Shown: positions 43,301 through 56,677 of the stretch, piece by piece
Layout of the letters: each line of letters starts with the position of its first letter
How positions within the stretch are numbered: position 1 is the first letter of the stretch
DNA from: Raillietiella orientalis
Taxonomy: Eukaryota
Length of the DNA stretch: 64,000 nucleotides
Assembly (NCBI GenBank): GCA_036172245.1
Contig: JAYWIR010000012.1
Span: 496,001 to 560,000 of the forward strand
Direction: 5' to 3'
Made by a program: the position numbers and the translations under genes
Notes under the pieces: model-generated
Seen by the model: only the letters and a program-made list of their open reading frames with translations
Told to the model about the DNA's origin: nothing
The model's database searches: none

Positions 43301-46300
43301 CAGGCAAACTACTGAACTGCATGTTTATCATCATTATCATTATTATTGTGTGATGTGTTAAGCTCTAAAATACCCAAATTATTCAAAGGATGGAAAAACA
43401 TAAGATGCCGGCCGAGTGAAATTCTGCGTTCGATTTACATGGATGAATTCATGAGTTCAGCATGGTTGCCAACGTTTTGTCACCTCGAAAAACCAAGGAT
43501 TAATGCGTTTCCACGCCAACAACGCGCATCATCCCGTCTTCTTTCCCTGACTGCACCGAGGAACCGCGGAAGAACGAAGGCACTTCTGGAAGTCCCCCCC
43601 CCCCCCGAACCGGCAGGAACCCGGGTGCGCGAAGAAGGATGAGCGGGAAATGCGACCAGAAAGAGTGAATCGCACATTTCTGGAAATTCGTTTGCTTCTT
43701 GACTGCCACCGTACACAGGAATTTTTTATTTTTCCATTCTTTCCCCCACTGGCTGAGTGAAATTCATGCAGGAGTGTAGATGTTATTAGGCAAGGGATAA
43801 ACAGCATTCTTTAACGTGTCAGATTCCTCAGAATGGTTGAAAAACGAGGGTGCAAAGGGCTCAAAAGAGGACGAGGTGAAACAGCACACGAATGAAGAAA
43901 AAGATTCCAAAGGGAAAACTGCTGATAGTTTTCGGAGCATCTTTTCGCGCAGGAAGCAGATTTCGTTGGTTGCTTAAAGTGCGGTTGCATCCACCGCTGC
44001 AAGAAAGCTGTTTACATGGTGAGTTTGTTGGAGTATTTGCCGTGCTCTCTCCAAATGTTCTGTTTTTCGTTTTTCTTTTCTACTTCGTCCGAGACATAGA
44101 AGCTGATTTAAGATGGCTATCGGTATGGAGATAGGCGTTGCAAATTCAATACTCTGGAGAATTTGCATATGGCTTTCGCATGCAATAAATCTGTGGCTGC
44201 ACAGTAAGGAAACTATACATTTTTAAACACAGGGAAGAGAAAAGAGTCATAATTTAGATGGAATTTGCGATGACAGAATTGAGGTATGATCTAAACGTGA
44301 ATCTTTTTTTCATCAGTCCAAGCTCTTTAAGCGATATCGTTTATTACGAGGAGGCAACATTCAGCAATGGCAAAGAAAATTCCGAGTGGCTTCAAGTATG
44401 TTCACAGAATGTGGATGGAATGTGCCTACAAGGAGATTGGGAATTACATTTGAGAGTGAAGAATTCTCAACGCATCCCATGAAAACGTTGCCAATGTTCA
44501 GTCGATCGCGTTCAGTGTGTTTTGAAGAACTTCGGGAACATCCACGCGAAATACATTTCCCTGAACCGCAGTAGAACTCCATCTCCGTAGAAAGGTCTCC
44601 GTACTCGATGGAACGCGGACTCTTTGTGGCTGCGTAGATGGAAATGCAAGATTTCCGAGGTTCCCAACAAAATGAACCAAAGGTCACCCAGTCCTCTTGG
44701 TCGTGCGATGCGCGTGAGACAGCAGCCACGTCGTTAACTTGGCCATCTCTTTTGCCTACCATCCTCGATGCAGAGGGAAAGGCAAAACTCCTAGCTGCTG
44801 TTTTGTGTCAGAGTTTTCCTCGAAAAGGAAGCGTCCTCTTTTCAACAAGAAAAAGCGCGCTTGGCCCCAAATCGGAAAAAAATTCAGTGTGACCAACCGT
44901 TCGACTATATGTGCTCCCATCCGATCGGTCACGCTGAACTAAAAGTTGATTTTCAACTTTTGATCAAAGATGGACTCGAGTTTAAACTTAAGTACAGTAC
45001 GGTGTTAGTACATTTGTACATTTCTTCTTTTTATGCAATTTTTGTAGAATGAAGTTTGCTAAGAATCTTGGCAAATTAAAGAATGCTACATGAAAACGCA
45101 ATAGTGCTCAATACAGAATAGTCTATTCCGCAAACACGGGAAGTCCGTTTCTCTATCGAGACATTGTGGAAATTGGAATTGACCTCAGCAAGCTTTCGTT
45201 TGCATTTCACATGAGCTCTTAAAGATATGCATCAAGGTTTACCTCTGTAGCTCTCGGGATTTTCTTTTGAGGTATTCTTCCGTACTCGGTCTTATGTGGC
45301 TGTTTCCATAGATTTCCAGATAAAAGTTTGTTTTTTCTTGCAATCCTAAATTCTCTGAGCTTTCCAAAAATATGGACAGAAGCAGTAAGGTCCTAGCATG
45401 TAATTCCAAATATTGTTCCACTACATAGAACTATGACTATTTTTTGGGGGGGGGAGAGAGGAAGGAATAAGATTTAACTGCGTACGTTTAGCTTTTCATC
45501 TGGGTTTCTGTAGCTCTCCGCTATGGTCTTCATTATGTGTCCTGGGTCCCCGGCGCCGATTAACAAAACGTTCAGTTCCGAATTTTCTTCCGCATTTGCA
45601 TTGTCCTTCAGGCAGTAGTGATCTAGAAAGAGAGGCAAAGTGACGATTCGAAAAGTGACGAAATCGCTTATCAGGAAACTAAAAGAGCAACGCAAACACG
45701 CCAACCGCACCAAATCATTTCGTGAGCAGATTTAAGAGATGTACGTGATTTCTGGCCTCTCGATGCGAGGGACTCCATTGATGGAGAGTGGGGGGTCACT
45801 GCGATCAACTGAGAGAGCACTTGGGCATTTGGAAGCGCGCATGCTGTGGCTGAGTTGGTAGAGAGCTCCATCATCCGCAGAGCGTTATCACCGTTGCCGC
45901 CCACACATTTTGTGGAGCATTCGAGGCCAGAGTCCTGTTGATCTTTTTGGAATGATGCAAAGGTTCTCATACGGTATCCAGGAGCACCAAGGCGGTGGTG
46001 ACGCAACACGTGCTTTCAAAAAGGAAACGAAGACCCAGGAACCGGCTGCATTACAAAGCCCTCTTCTTGTTTACTTAGCCACCACCAACTGCTTAGTTAA
46101 AACCGAATCAGTCGCAAGCAGCTGCCTATGGCAACCTTTGCTCTCCGCTCAGGTTGAGGTCCTGAAAACGTAAAGCTTGCATTGGAGGGAGGCGAGAATT
46201 CCTTCGAAGTTTGCGGAGGGATCTCTAAATTTTTGTCGTTGCCGAAAGACAGCAGTAGCAATGAGAGAGGGTATCAGAAAGAAATGTCTGTGATTATTCT

Positions 46301-49300
46301 ATTGCCTGCCTCTAACCTTGTTTGTAACTATTACGAGAACAAGGTAAAACAAACACAGCACGTATTTTTTGATTGTTCAGTTCAAATTCTATCAATCAGG
46401 ACTTGGTTCGTTATTTAGTATTTTCTCATCAGAGAGTATGTTAGTATCAGTAACTGGATAATAAGAATTATCCTCCACAAGCAGCAAGTGCTAAAATTTC
46501 ACAAAGGTGTTGCTTAGTTTTTTCCCTAGATTTATTTTGCTGCAACATCCATGCATTTTTCTTTTCAATAGTAATCGAAAATGATCTTTTATTTTTACAT
46601 ATCTTTGGCAATGTTTTCTTTTTTTTAAAAAAAAAAAAAAAAACAGAATCAGTGGCAATTTATGCGTACGATACTCAACAGGCTGATTTTTGTCCAAGAA
46701 GCACACCTGAATCATTCCAGGCACCGTAAGAACGCTGATGTGTACAATTCGCTCCGAAAGTGTTTGAGGAAAACTGACTTGCGAAAATCGCTAACGTCAT
46801 TCGACTACTACTCGGGGCAGCTCACTTCGCAACAAAATTAAGTTTCATCTTAAATTGGAACGAAATTCTGGGTGTCAGCATCCCTAAGTGTTTGATTGGT
46901 TTTTCGTTCATCATGGGCGCTCAGATGCCTTTCCGAAACGTTTGGGCACACTTGGCTAAGGTGCCCATTAAGCGAATGGGCACCTTAACCGAGACTCCGA
47001 GCTGGCGAGGGATCCATTTAGCGGGAATGGTTTGCTTGTTTAACTCTCGAACCATCGACACACTCATTGACTGCGAACAATCTGTCTAGAAGAGCCTCGG
47101 GAGCGGCTTCAGCCAAATGTACAGGAGCAGCTTGTACAGTTTGAGATGGTGCACTGTAACAACTTCTTCCTGCTCAGCGCACTTCTCTGCCAATGTTTTC
47201 AGCGTCGCCTACTCGAAAGATTGTTCTTTCCACGCTGATGTTATCGTTCGAAATTCTGACGACCGCATTAGGTCCGCTGGCCTTCAAGCAAACATTTGCC
47301 TTTTTAATTTGCCTTCTTCTCTTACCGTACATCCTGTAGCAATCGCAAAAAGAGCGACTTTATAATTCTCTATTCTCAAGATCCCTGTTATGGCGAACAC
47401 TGAATGTTAGAGGATAATCAGGTACACAGTATAAAGCAAAGAGAATGTCTTCGTTTCCAAAGTCGTTCCGTTCGACGTTCCGTCCGAATTTTCAAATGTT
47501 AACTTAACGAGAAATCCGCCCTTGCGTTCGTGCTTTTATAGACTCTTGTCCATTTCATTTCATATATGATAGATGTTCCCATGCGAAGTTCTCACGCTGC
47601 ACGATTTCAGTTTTTTCCAGTATTCAACTGATCTTCAGTAATCTATAATCTTCCCCCAATCCCACGACTGCTTTACCAGAATGGAAGCCTTACTTTCCCT
47701 GCCTGACTACGCAGAATAAAGGTCTATATATTGAGGGGCTCCCAACAGCTGAATTTCCTGAGGCTGGTTTAATCTCTGTGTGCTATATATATGAATATAT
47801 TTAAAAAAAAACGTGGATTTGAATGTTCGCAAGATTCTCGAGGACGAATCGAAAGATAAAAGCACTGTGTGTGAGACCCCGTATCAGAACACGCCTGACC
47901 CACGAAACGTCTGAGCATCGCTGGACAAGTCTGCAGGTGCCTCCCCAGCAGTAGCATTCAGTCTCTACCAAACTCTCTCAGATGTGCAGAAGAATGTCAC
48001 TGCAATGTCGGGGAAAGCGGAAAACTCAAAGAAAAGTGTAGGGGTTCCTCGAAAATCCTGGAAGCGGCAGAGCGAAAACACGTGCGGTCTCGAGGAAGAC
48101 CGTTCGGGCTGCTCCGACAGCTTCAGAGGCAGCAGGCTGTTACTAGAGTTAATGCTCTCGTTCACGAAACCATGCTTATCCGGTCACACCTGACATCTCG
48201 AGAATGTCAGAGCATGTTCGAGCTAAGTAAGACACACCAATCGCACCTCTTCGAACGGGAGGTTTGAGTGCACTCTTTTGCGATGGAGTTGCGAGAAAGG
48301 AACGCATCGTCGAGGCGAACGTCTCCCAAATGGCGCTAGAGAGAGCGGAAAAAGCGTGCTCCAGAAACAAACCGGAAATGAAATTTGGGGAGATGAATGC
48401 TCGCCTTCTTCTGGCAGATTCACGTTGGACGAAGGTTCGAACGCCCCAGGTGTTAGAAATCTGGAGAGATTGGCAAAGACCGTGTGCCAGGTCCGAGGCG
48501 AGAATTTCGCCTTCTAGGCATGCAGAGTGCATTTGGGATCTCAAAGGCTTTGTTGCTGCAACATGTCACTGTTTGACCCCACTCGGTGGCACGATTCTCC
48601 GGGTCAATTCTCCGGGCCCTTGCCCACGATCACGATTGCCAACTTAGCGGTTTCCGCGCTACTTCTCGCGTTCTTGGAGACCCATCCAGCGGCTGAAAAT
48701 GTTGCATCCCGCCGAGCGGGAATTCTGGAGGTTTGGGAACGTCCGCCGTCCACCCAAGTTTACGGGTTTTTCATGCTGCAAAGAGAATTTTCAGTTGTGG
48801 ATGTAGTAGGTAGTCTTAAATAATAGAGTTCCGGATACTTTATCCCCCTAAAGTTTCCGTCTTGGCGGGCGTGGAGTCGCATGAGCAAATTTTTCCATTT
48901 CTGATGAAGGCTGCCGAGGAAAAAGACTTTTTCTTTCCTTATTCGAATGTTGAAATTGCGATTGCTGTAATGCGGCGGCAATTCGTTTGAGTGTTTCCTT
49001 GCAACTTGCAGTCTGCTCCAACGTTTCCTTTCAGCAGTGGGGAATGAGACCGGCAGTGCAGCAGCAGCAGCAGCAGAAGAAGAAGATTCGTGGCATAGAA
49101 TGTCACGTGACACCCTGTCGGTTTGCCTTTTATGTTTGCCACTAGCGAACGGGAAGATCAAACGACATGCTGGACGTGATATAGTGGACTTCAATACCTC
49201 GTTTTAAGTTATTAGGCGTCTTCTCTATTATTTTTATTCATTGCTTCATGCTAATAATAACAAGCATAATGAGAACGAATTCCTGGGTATTGAAATCTGG

Positions 49301-51953
49301 ACATTTTGGGGGGGGGGGGGGAGGAGAATAGCGGATTTTCAAAGACCGTCTAGGGGGGATTCCATTAACTTACGTTGGCAACCCTGCCCACGATAGGCCG
49401 AGTCAGGCTGCTCAAGCTGTTGTCACGAAAAACGGCATGTTTTTTTTTTTTTTTATTTCTTCTTCCGACTCTTTTGAGAAGCTCATAGAAACGATGGAAA
49501 GCGCGCTACGTTACGCATCATCGAAACGTAACACGCAAAACGTTTGCTACTTTCTTTTTCTTGCAACCGAAATCCGATCTGCCTTACTCTTCTGCTTGTC
49601 CACCCTACCTCGGTGAATGTTAAAAGTATTATGATTGTGTTAATGATGCCTTCCGGGAAATCATTTTTATTCATACTTCGGCTACTTTTCACCACACTCT
49701 GCTGCTTACAAACATCAACATATCTATCGTTGCACTGGCGCAGTTAAAAGTACATTCAAAGACATCTTGAGGGAGCGGAAGTCTATGAGACTTAAAAGTA
49801 CAGAAGATGTACTTACTCCCAGAGATACATCAAGAATAAGCCTTTTGTAACTGACCATGAGAAAAATAACCACCAGAAAGCGCAGCTTAGAGTTCATTTT
49901 CACATTTATAGGTTTTTTTTTTTTTTTTTACTTTTTTAGACCTGAACAACTGACCTGGCAGCCCAGCTCATATCGAAACCGCTCGTCGTATTTAAGATTT
50001 TACCTCGCTTTCTGCACTGGACCATGGATGGAAATCTACTCTCTGATTCAACCTACATCCTGTCTTGGAAAGTTTCTCGTAGAAACTTCTGCTCTTTTCA
50101 CTTTAATGTGCACCCTCAACGAGTGGAATGGATGAGTTTGCGTCCGGTTCGCGTGGCACGGAAATGTCCGAATAGCAGATGATGGGAAAACATGGATTTC
50201 TGCTTTCGGGTGAACTTGCTAGTTCGAGTGGAGCAAGCTAATCCATGTTCAACATAATCACAGCATGGCTCGTGAAGGACTCAACTGTCCAGCTGAGACC
50301 CAGAGATCTGGGTCATCGCTTCAGCTTCAAGGAAAAGAGACGCTGTGGAAAACAAGGAAACTGGCTAAGACTTAACACAGTTGTTGGCTTCACTGATTTT
50401 GGCACTGGATGCTAATTACATGTTTAATTACAGTACATATAATTCCATTCTTAGCGCATGCGGCAGCACTGCGTGCATTACGTAATGTTATTGATGTTAA
50501 AACATGAGGGGAACTAGAATAAAAAAAAGAAGACATAAACGATACACAACTGATGAGTAGCTGCTATAAAGAAACACTCGAAAGCCATTGCTAAAACACG
50601 GAAGGGCAGCGTAGTGCTGTGAAAACATCACCAATGTAAATCCAGTTTCCGAAGAGTCCGTTGAGATCGGGTACCCCTGATCAGATGGATGCACAACGAA
50701 AATTCAAGTGCGCAGAAAATCCTACATCTGCAATCAAGGGAAGATTATTGATGCAGCTGGAGGACTTTGACGCCGATGAGAGCTTCGAAATCTTATCCGC
50801 TGCACTCTCGTGGTGAGGTCACTGCAATCACCGGTTCGATGATTCACAGATGAACGTTGCTTCTTCTCCCGAGTGCTTTTCTTGGCTTCTTGTTTACATA
50901 GCTCCGAATTTTTTGAAATGGTCGGGCAAAAATAGGTTCAAAATGTTTGACTCGCCGAGTGCCGGAGCAGAGCTCCTCAAAAATTTTACATCGGGGCCAT
51001 TACATATCTAAAATTGCGCCCCTTCTCCCGCCGTGTAGCGAATCTCAAGGCGAAGGATATCCGCAGCTTCTTTAAGTATTCCCATAGGGTCAGAAGAGCA
51101 AAAACTTTGTTTCTGAATGTCGTACATGTCCAAAGAAACATGAAATGACTTCCGGGTTCCCTATTTCAGTGAGCACATCCGTCAAGACGGTCAGGACAGG
51201 CCGTGGATTCGAGAAGAAATCATGTGGGAAAACATGGATGGTGCCCAAGTTTACGTGCATCGTGAAGTGACTTCCCTGGAAACCCGCAAAACCGGAACTG
51301 TCTCTAAACTCAGGGACTGAATAGGTCCACCTTAAGTATTTTCAGCCAACACCCGAGCCCGTTAATGCCTGCACGATCCCCTTCGAGTCAATTAAATTTA
51401 AATAAGATTTTAATGATGCCTGGCCTCTCCATTCTGGGCATGCGTCCTCACTTAGTAATTCGTATTAAGGGTGATTGTAAGAAGCGAAAGCAATGTCAAT
51501 GGAATCAAGAATAATGGTTTCGAGCTATTTGGGCACTTCCCATCGGCTGTTAATTGTCAATGATTTTAAGAAAACGCAACTGGTTGCACACTTTCGTTTG
51601 AAAATGTCATCCCGACCCCGTATGGTCTTCCTGGAGCGGAAGTGTGGGTTGGTAACAGTCACGCGTACTGGGACGATTCCCTCAAATAGGTTCCTACTCT
51701 GTCGAAGGCCCCCTGAAACCAAGGAGTATCTTCCTCGCATGCGCCACACTGATCGAATCCGGACCCCCCACGTGCAAGTGCCCCCCCTCTCCCTGCTCGA
51801 AGCGAACCGAATGCGACGCTTTCGAGCCTCTGCACAAGTGCTCGAGGCGAAGTCACGCTCGAAACCAGAGAATTCGTACTCACCCCTTTCTTCTTGGAAA
51901 TTCAAGCTCGGGCTGAAACCCCACCAGTTTATCAAACCAAATGCATTATTCAT
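40396..51953 (-). CDS. DNAAF3: Dynein axonemal assembly factor 3 (PF22), 9 exons
   Basis: Exons 51953-51884 (FGLINWWGFSPSLNF), 45622-45486 (LNVLLIGAGDPGH), 45430-45243, 42947-42807, 42682-42483 (WDERLRKHLGVRYDSR...FDWD...WRECGIAF...PNKTL), 42431-42289 (GYWGDICTGPF), 40928-40814, 40765-40591 and 40534-40396. All are GT-AG and in phase. AATAAA overlaps the stop codon. Confidence 0.9.
43005..43035. repeat. (TG)n microsatellite in a DNAAF3 intron
   Basis: tgtgtgtgtatgtgtgtgtgtgtgtgtgtgt. Confidence 0.9.
48240..48560 (+). mobile_element. Probable RTE-like LINE 3' fragment in DNAAF3 intron 1
   Basis: VSQMALERA (cf. VTQRAMERA) followed by DSRWTK...WQRPCAR (cf. DNRWTK..EW.P...KRPRGR), in the expected order. 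Confidence 0.35.
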
Positions 51954-52329
51954 GCTTCAGGCCCAAAGCGCGCTTCGCATCTTCCTGGAAACTTCACCCC
52001 GAAAGCGAGCCTTTCCTGGGGGTCAGCGGGGTATTGATCAAACAGAGGCCCATCTCACCGGAGCAAAGGAGAAAGTAAACCTTACTGGCGAAGCGCTCTG
52101 TACACGCGCTCACGCCGTGCACGTTGCTACCAAACCGAATCTACAAATAAGGTACAGTACTCGGAAGTGACGGTGCAGTAGCACTGCGCATTTTTTTTTT
52201 TAAAGAACGAGCAGGAAGCACTCTCGAATCGAGGGATTCGAGTCTGATTATGGCGGCAGGAAACGAAACTGTTGGGCTGCAACTGGAGTACCCCTCTAGT
52301 GTGGTGTTCAAAGTGCATACCATCGCGGT

Positions 52330-53800
52330 ATTTGGCATTAGTGTTGCCAGGGCTTAGCCAAGTAGGAAAATCTGTGCTTCCGTTGCGTAGCAGGGATCTC
52401 TTTCCATTCCGAAAAGGATCGAAGATTGTCGTTCCAAGCTGGGGTCCCTGGTTTCCAGTGTGGACCCAGTCGATGCTCCTGGCTTTCGGTACATTCCGCG
52501 CGAGTTGAGATCCCAGCGTGCGATGGTTCTGCACCCGCCCAGCCGCAGATCCTCATGGCTAAGAGCCACTGACCATCCGGGGTTCGTGCTCCTGGGTGGC
52601 TGGAGCGCTTCTCACGTTGCGCCACCTCGCTGCGGATGATGGTGAGGGGATGTAGAAAGTGATCACTCTGGCAATTCACGACTCCCACCCTTGGCTGAAG
52701 CGACGCCATTCAAGCTTGAGAGGACTTCAAGGTCGCCAATAAATGTCAGCACCTATTTCGTACCTTTTCCCTACAAAAAGTGGAATGCTAGCAGTATTCC
52801 ACTTTCCTCTCAGGGGTGCCTCCGTGACTGGAACTTTGGAACATCAACCTTGAGCTTTAAGGTCTGCTCGGTTTCTATTTTAGATGCGTATAAAGGCAAG
52901 ACTTCACGTACGCTTCACCTACCATCCATTGGCTCCTGTGGCAGTTTTAGCATCTCATGGTGTGTGAAGACTTCCCAGAAAAGCTCCCAGAACATGAGGT
53001 ACATGGGGACTTGCAACGGAGATAAAGGGACCATTTGGGGATCGCTATCGGGAGAGCATGCAATGCACCTTACAGTGTGGTGGAGCGTTCGGATGCGAGC
53101 TGGGATGTGCTTGAGGGCTTTTCGCCCTCTGTAATGGCATTGCTGAGAGGGATGCATCCAGTTCAGTCTCATGTTTTTGCTCTATTCTTCTCTATCTTCG
53201 GCCGTTGCGAAAGTCCGATGTGTTTCTCATTCTCCGCTTGCATTGAGCGCTGCTCTGCTGCTGCTGTGCCGAGCTGCAGCGCTCTGTCCAGAACGATCAC
53301 GTGGATTTGCAATCCTCCTCATGCGACGGAGAAGATTGGCGTTCCTTCTTTCCTCACGTTTCCACGCTTTCCGTTGTTCCGTGTGTCGTTGGGCGTCGAG
53401 CATGCCATCTGGGTCTCGTCTGGACATCACAAGAGTGCATTGCAACTCGCATGGCGAAGGCTCCAGGAACTGTCGATTGCGAATGCCCTGTTCTTCCTTT
53501 TGGCGATCGCCCCAATTTCCAGAGCCGCTGGACAGTTTGCGTCTTCGGGTTCGCGACGGACGCTTCCCCTTCGCCCAAACTGCCTCTCTGGGTCAGCGGG
53601 TACGCCATTTCGGTAGTCTTCATTTCTGTCTGGGCTCCCGCAATTGCTGGGCGGGTGTTCGTACCGCCTCTACCAGGAATCTTCCGAAGACTCCCTGATG
53701 GTATAGCGGTCTTTTAAATGAAAGACAAACAGATGATTTCCTTCCTTCTTCGGCTTCCTCGATGTTTGTTTCTGGTCCTGCTACGTGGCTCGACTCTGGT
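52330..53800 (-). mobile_element. Possible decayed LINE ORF1 (Cys-knuckle) / start of endonuclease
   Basis: Frameshifted VRCIAC...RCKSPCTSCSG...RC*NCHR...KSC pattern (~53070-52890), then RVGVVNCQS (~52690). Confidence 0.25.
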
Positions 53801-53820
53801 AGCATCATCATTGGGGACAA

Positions 53821-53858
53821 CTGGGATCCTTGATTGAGTAATCAATCAAGGATCCCAG
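53821..53858. repeat. Perfect palindrome: 17-bp stem, 4-nt loop
   Basis: ctgggatccttgattga-gtaa-tcaatcaaggatcccag. Confidence 0.95.
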
Positions 53859-53908
53859 AACGTTCAGGTGGCTCCCGTGCGGAGGAAAGAAAGAAAAAAA
53901 AACACCGA

Positions 53909-55206
53909 ACGCCGAAATCCCCAACGATCAAAATCCCGAAAGATCACGAAAACTGAGTGCAAAGGTATTATTACTACGTATATTTATGTATGCACTTGCG
54001 AAGATTGTGAAAAATTATTACAGATATTTATTAGTGTACGAATATACAAATTTATTTTAACAAGCATGTGAATTGATATTTATTAACACGCATAGCAAAT
54101 ACATTAATGCATATTAAACAGATTACTAGTATGATTAACAATATATTATACGTATTACTAATACGATTAGTGATATCTTATACATAATTAACAGTAACTT
54201 ATGCATGCCATTAATATCATTAATAATATATTAAACACGTCTCTAATGTATATTTAATAATATGTATCTATGTGTATTATTAATGTATAGTAAAAATTAT
54301 GAACATAAATAATGTGCTAATTATGTATACTAATACATATAATAAATAAATATGAAATGAATATGTGAATCTGGAATTATATTTATCAAGGGATCAAAAT
54401 CCTGAGTATAGAAATCACCATTTGCTGAGAAAGTTTCACTCTGTTGATTGTTGGGCACGATAGGAAGTGCCAAATTTCTTTTTTGGTTTTTTAATTTGCT
54501 TCCTTTCTTATTTTTTCCCACCATTTTCAGTTGTCACCATTGTTTTTTTTATAATTCAGTATTTATGTATCCACTGAATGCAAATTGATTATATATGTAT
54601 ATGTGTATACTATGCATATATGTATTTATTTTTATAATCTTTATATGAATAATATATGAATGCATATTATTAATGATGCCAAAAATGTGTACGTTAAAAA
54701 TATTTATAAGTATGTGTCTTAAAATAAGTTTGTATATTAATCAATATACAAATATACGTTGTAAGCACATATAATTCATACTTAAAAATTTTGATATGTA
54801 TATTAATAATATATTAACACCTGTTATTAATTATATCAACAAAGAGTATGCTAACAAATATTGATAAGCATGTATGTTAAAATAAAATGGATATAAATAA
54901 TACGTATGTTAAATCAATTCTTATATCAACCTATATATTGGCATACATAATAAGCATACATTCTTCTTTTTTATATTCTTCATAATATTTGTTAAACTAC
55001 ATAGTAATGCATATAATGAACACATCATAAATGCATAATAGGCATATTATGAATTATATAAAAAGACACAACCAGCATATATACTCATTTTTCACAATCT
55101 TTCCAACATATATCAATCCATACATAAGTGCACATACTAATGTGATACACGTATACAGTTGTTTTTTGTAATCTTTCGGGATTTTGACCGTCGGGGATTT
55201 CGGCGC
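53909..55206 (-). mobile_element. Non-autonomous TIR DNA transposon, Mutator (MULE)-like, very AT-rich interior
   Basis: The left end cgccgaaatccccaacgatcaaaatcccgaaagatcacgaaaa is the inverse of the right end (55165-55205). Imperfect inversion continues to aagattgtgaaaaat (54001-54016 vs 55068-55082). The internal minus-strand peptide RNLALPIVPNN...FDPLINIIPDSHI resembles the MULE LAFVP...PLLDYFEDTYI region. No TSD seen. Confidence 0.65.
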
Positions 55207-55249
55207 TGGAAATCGGCATGTGGAGGAGAATAATAGGGGAGGAATAGGA

Positions 55250-55800
55250 GATCTGCCCCTGCACCTGAAAGCTGAATCGGTGATTGGTGGAGAGAAATTG
55301 CCTTTACTACGGGTCGTTTCAGAGGTTCTTTCATGATGGAAGAGCGAATCAGCGTAGTAGGAAAGGGTCCAGAGTTTCCATGGCATCAGCCTGCCAACGC
55401 GCGCCGGACTTCTGCTGAGATTCATGTATCCTCGCGAGCAGCTCGAACCGCAGGCCAAGATCCGTGCGCGGGAAAGGCGGCTTTCGTCGGCGCGGAAGAT
55501 TTCCACACAGTCAGGAGGAGAGGTGGTGGACGTTGGGAGTTCCGGGACGCACGAGTGAAATTCCGCACGGGCATGCGTGGCCACAGAGCCTGGAGGAGGG
55601 TCCCTTCGAATGGGTCTCCGCCGCCGGCAGAGACGCCGCCACCATTTCTGCTGGTGTGGCCTCCAGGGAGCAAACTTGAAGCACCCATTCGGGAAGAAGG
55701 CAGGAACACGATTGGCGCCTTGCGGAAAAGCAGTGCTCCGGTGTGCTGGCTCTGTTCGCTGCTTCGGAGAGAGGTTAGGTCGCTGCGGGAGACTTCGTGC
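55250..55800 (-). mobile_element. Possible LINE AP-endonuclease fragment
   Basis: HTSRNGGGVSA...LLLTVWKSS resembles DR..RGGGVA.Y...LLVAVYRPP. Otherwise degenerate. Confidence 0.22.
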
Positions 55801-56677
55801 TAGGTGCCCCCACCGGCTGCACCGACCAGGGTCCGCCACTCCGGGGTGCTTCCCCCCTTCCTACCTGCGACTCACGCGAGGTTCGCCGTCCCGAGCAGGG
55901 AAGCCGCCGCTTCAACCCGGGTGAATCCTCGTCGGTGAGCGAATCGAAGGGCGGGGCAGCCCTGGGTGCGCGCGTCCGAGAAGATCAGGGCAGAGGAGCC
56001 ACCGGCTCTTGCGAGATACGTGCGCAACACGAGGAGGGTGAGGGTGGGGGTGACCTATTCTCTCTTCCCTGCTGGTCCTGATGCTGCTGCCTGGAAGCGA
56101 GGACGCCTGATGCACACACGCCGGAGGCTCCCTGGGAGGCCGGTTTGTCTCCAGGGTTTATCGTGGTCTTCCCGGGAAAGTCGAGCGGCCCTAGACCCTT
56201 TCAATCCGGAAATGGGGGCACGACGGTTGCTCCCTGCTCCCGCTGCAGGTGGCTACGCGCTCCTCCGCAGGTTTCCACGGGAACGCACGAAGAATTCGCT
56301 TTCCCCCCCGGCTGAGGCTGCTCGCTGGCCGAACCCGACCACTTCCAGAAGCGGCCTTCGCTTCGTCTTCCCCCCCGACGCTTTGCCTTTTCTCATGCCA
56401 CGCTGCCCGGAGGCCGGTAGGCCTCGTCCCCAGTGGGTTCGTCCGGCATGGCCCCACCTGCCGGGGGTCAAGAAACAAGTCTTCCTGCAGGGAGAGGACG
56501 GACTGCGGACCGCTCACTCGCTTTATTTGGATCTTTCTCCGGCTGGGCAAACCGGAACCGGGGGTGTGGGTTTCCGTGGCAGTGCGGAGGCGAGGGTCGC
56601 TTCTGCCCGCGGGGCTCTCTGCGACCTGGAGGGTAAGAGGGAGGAGCGGGTGGTTTAGGTCTTCTCGCGCCTCACCT

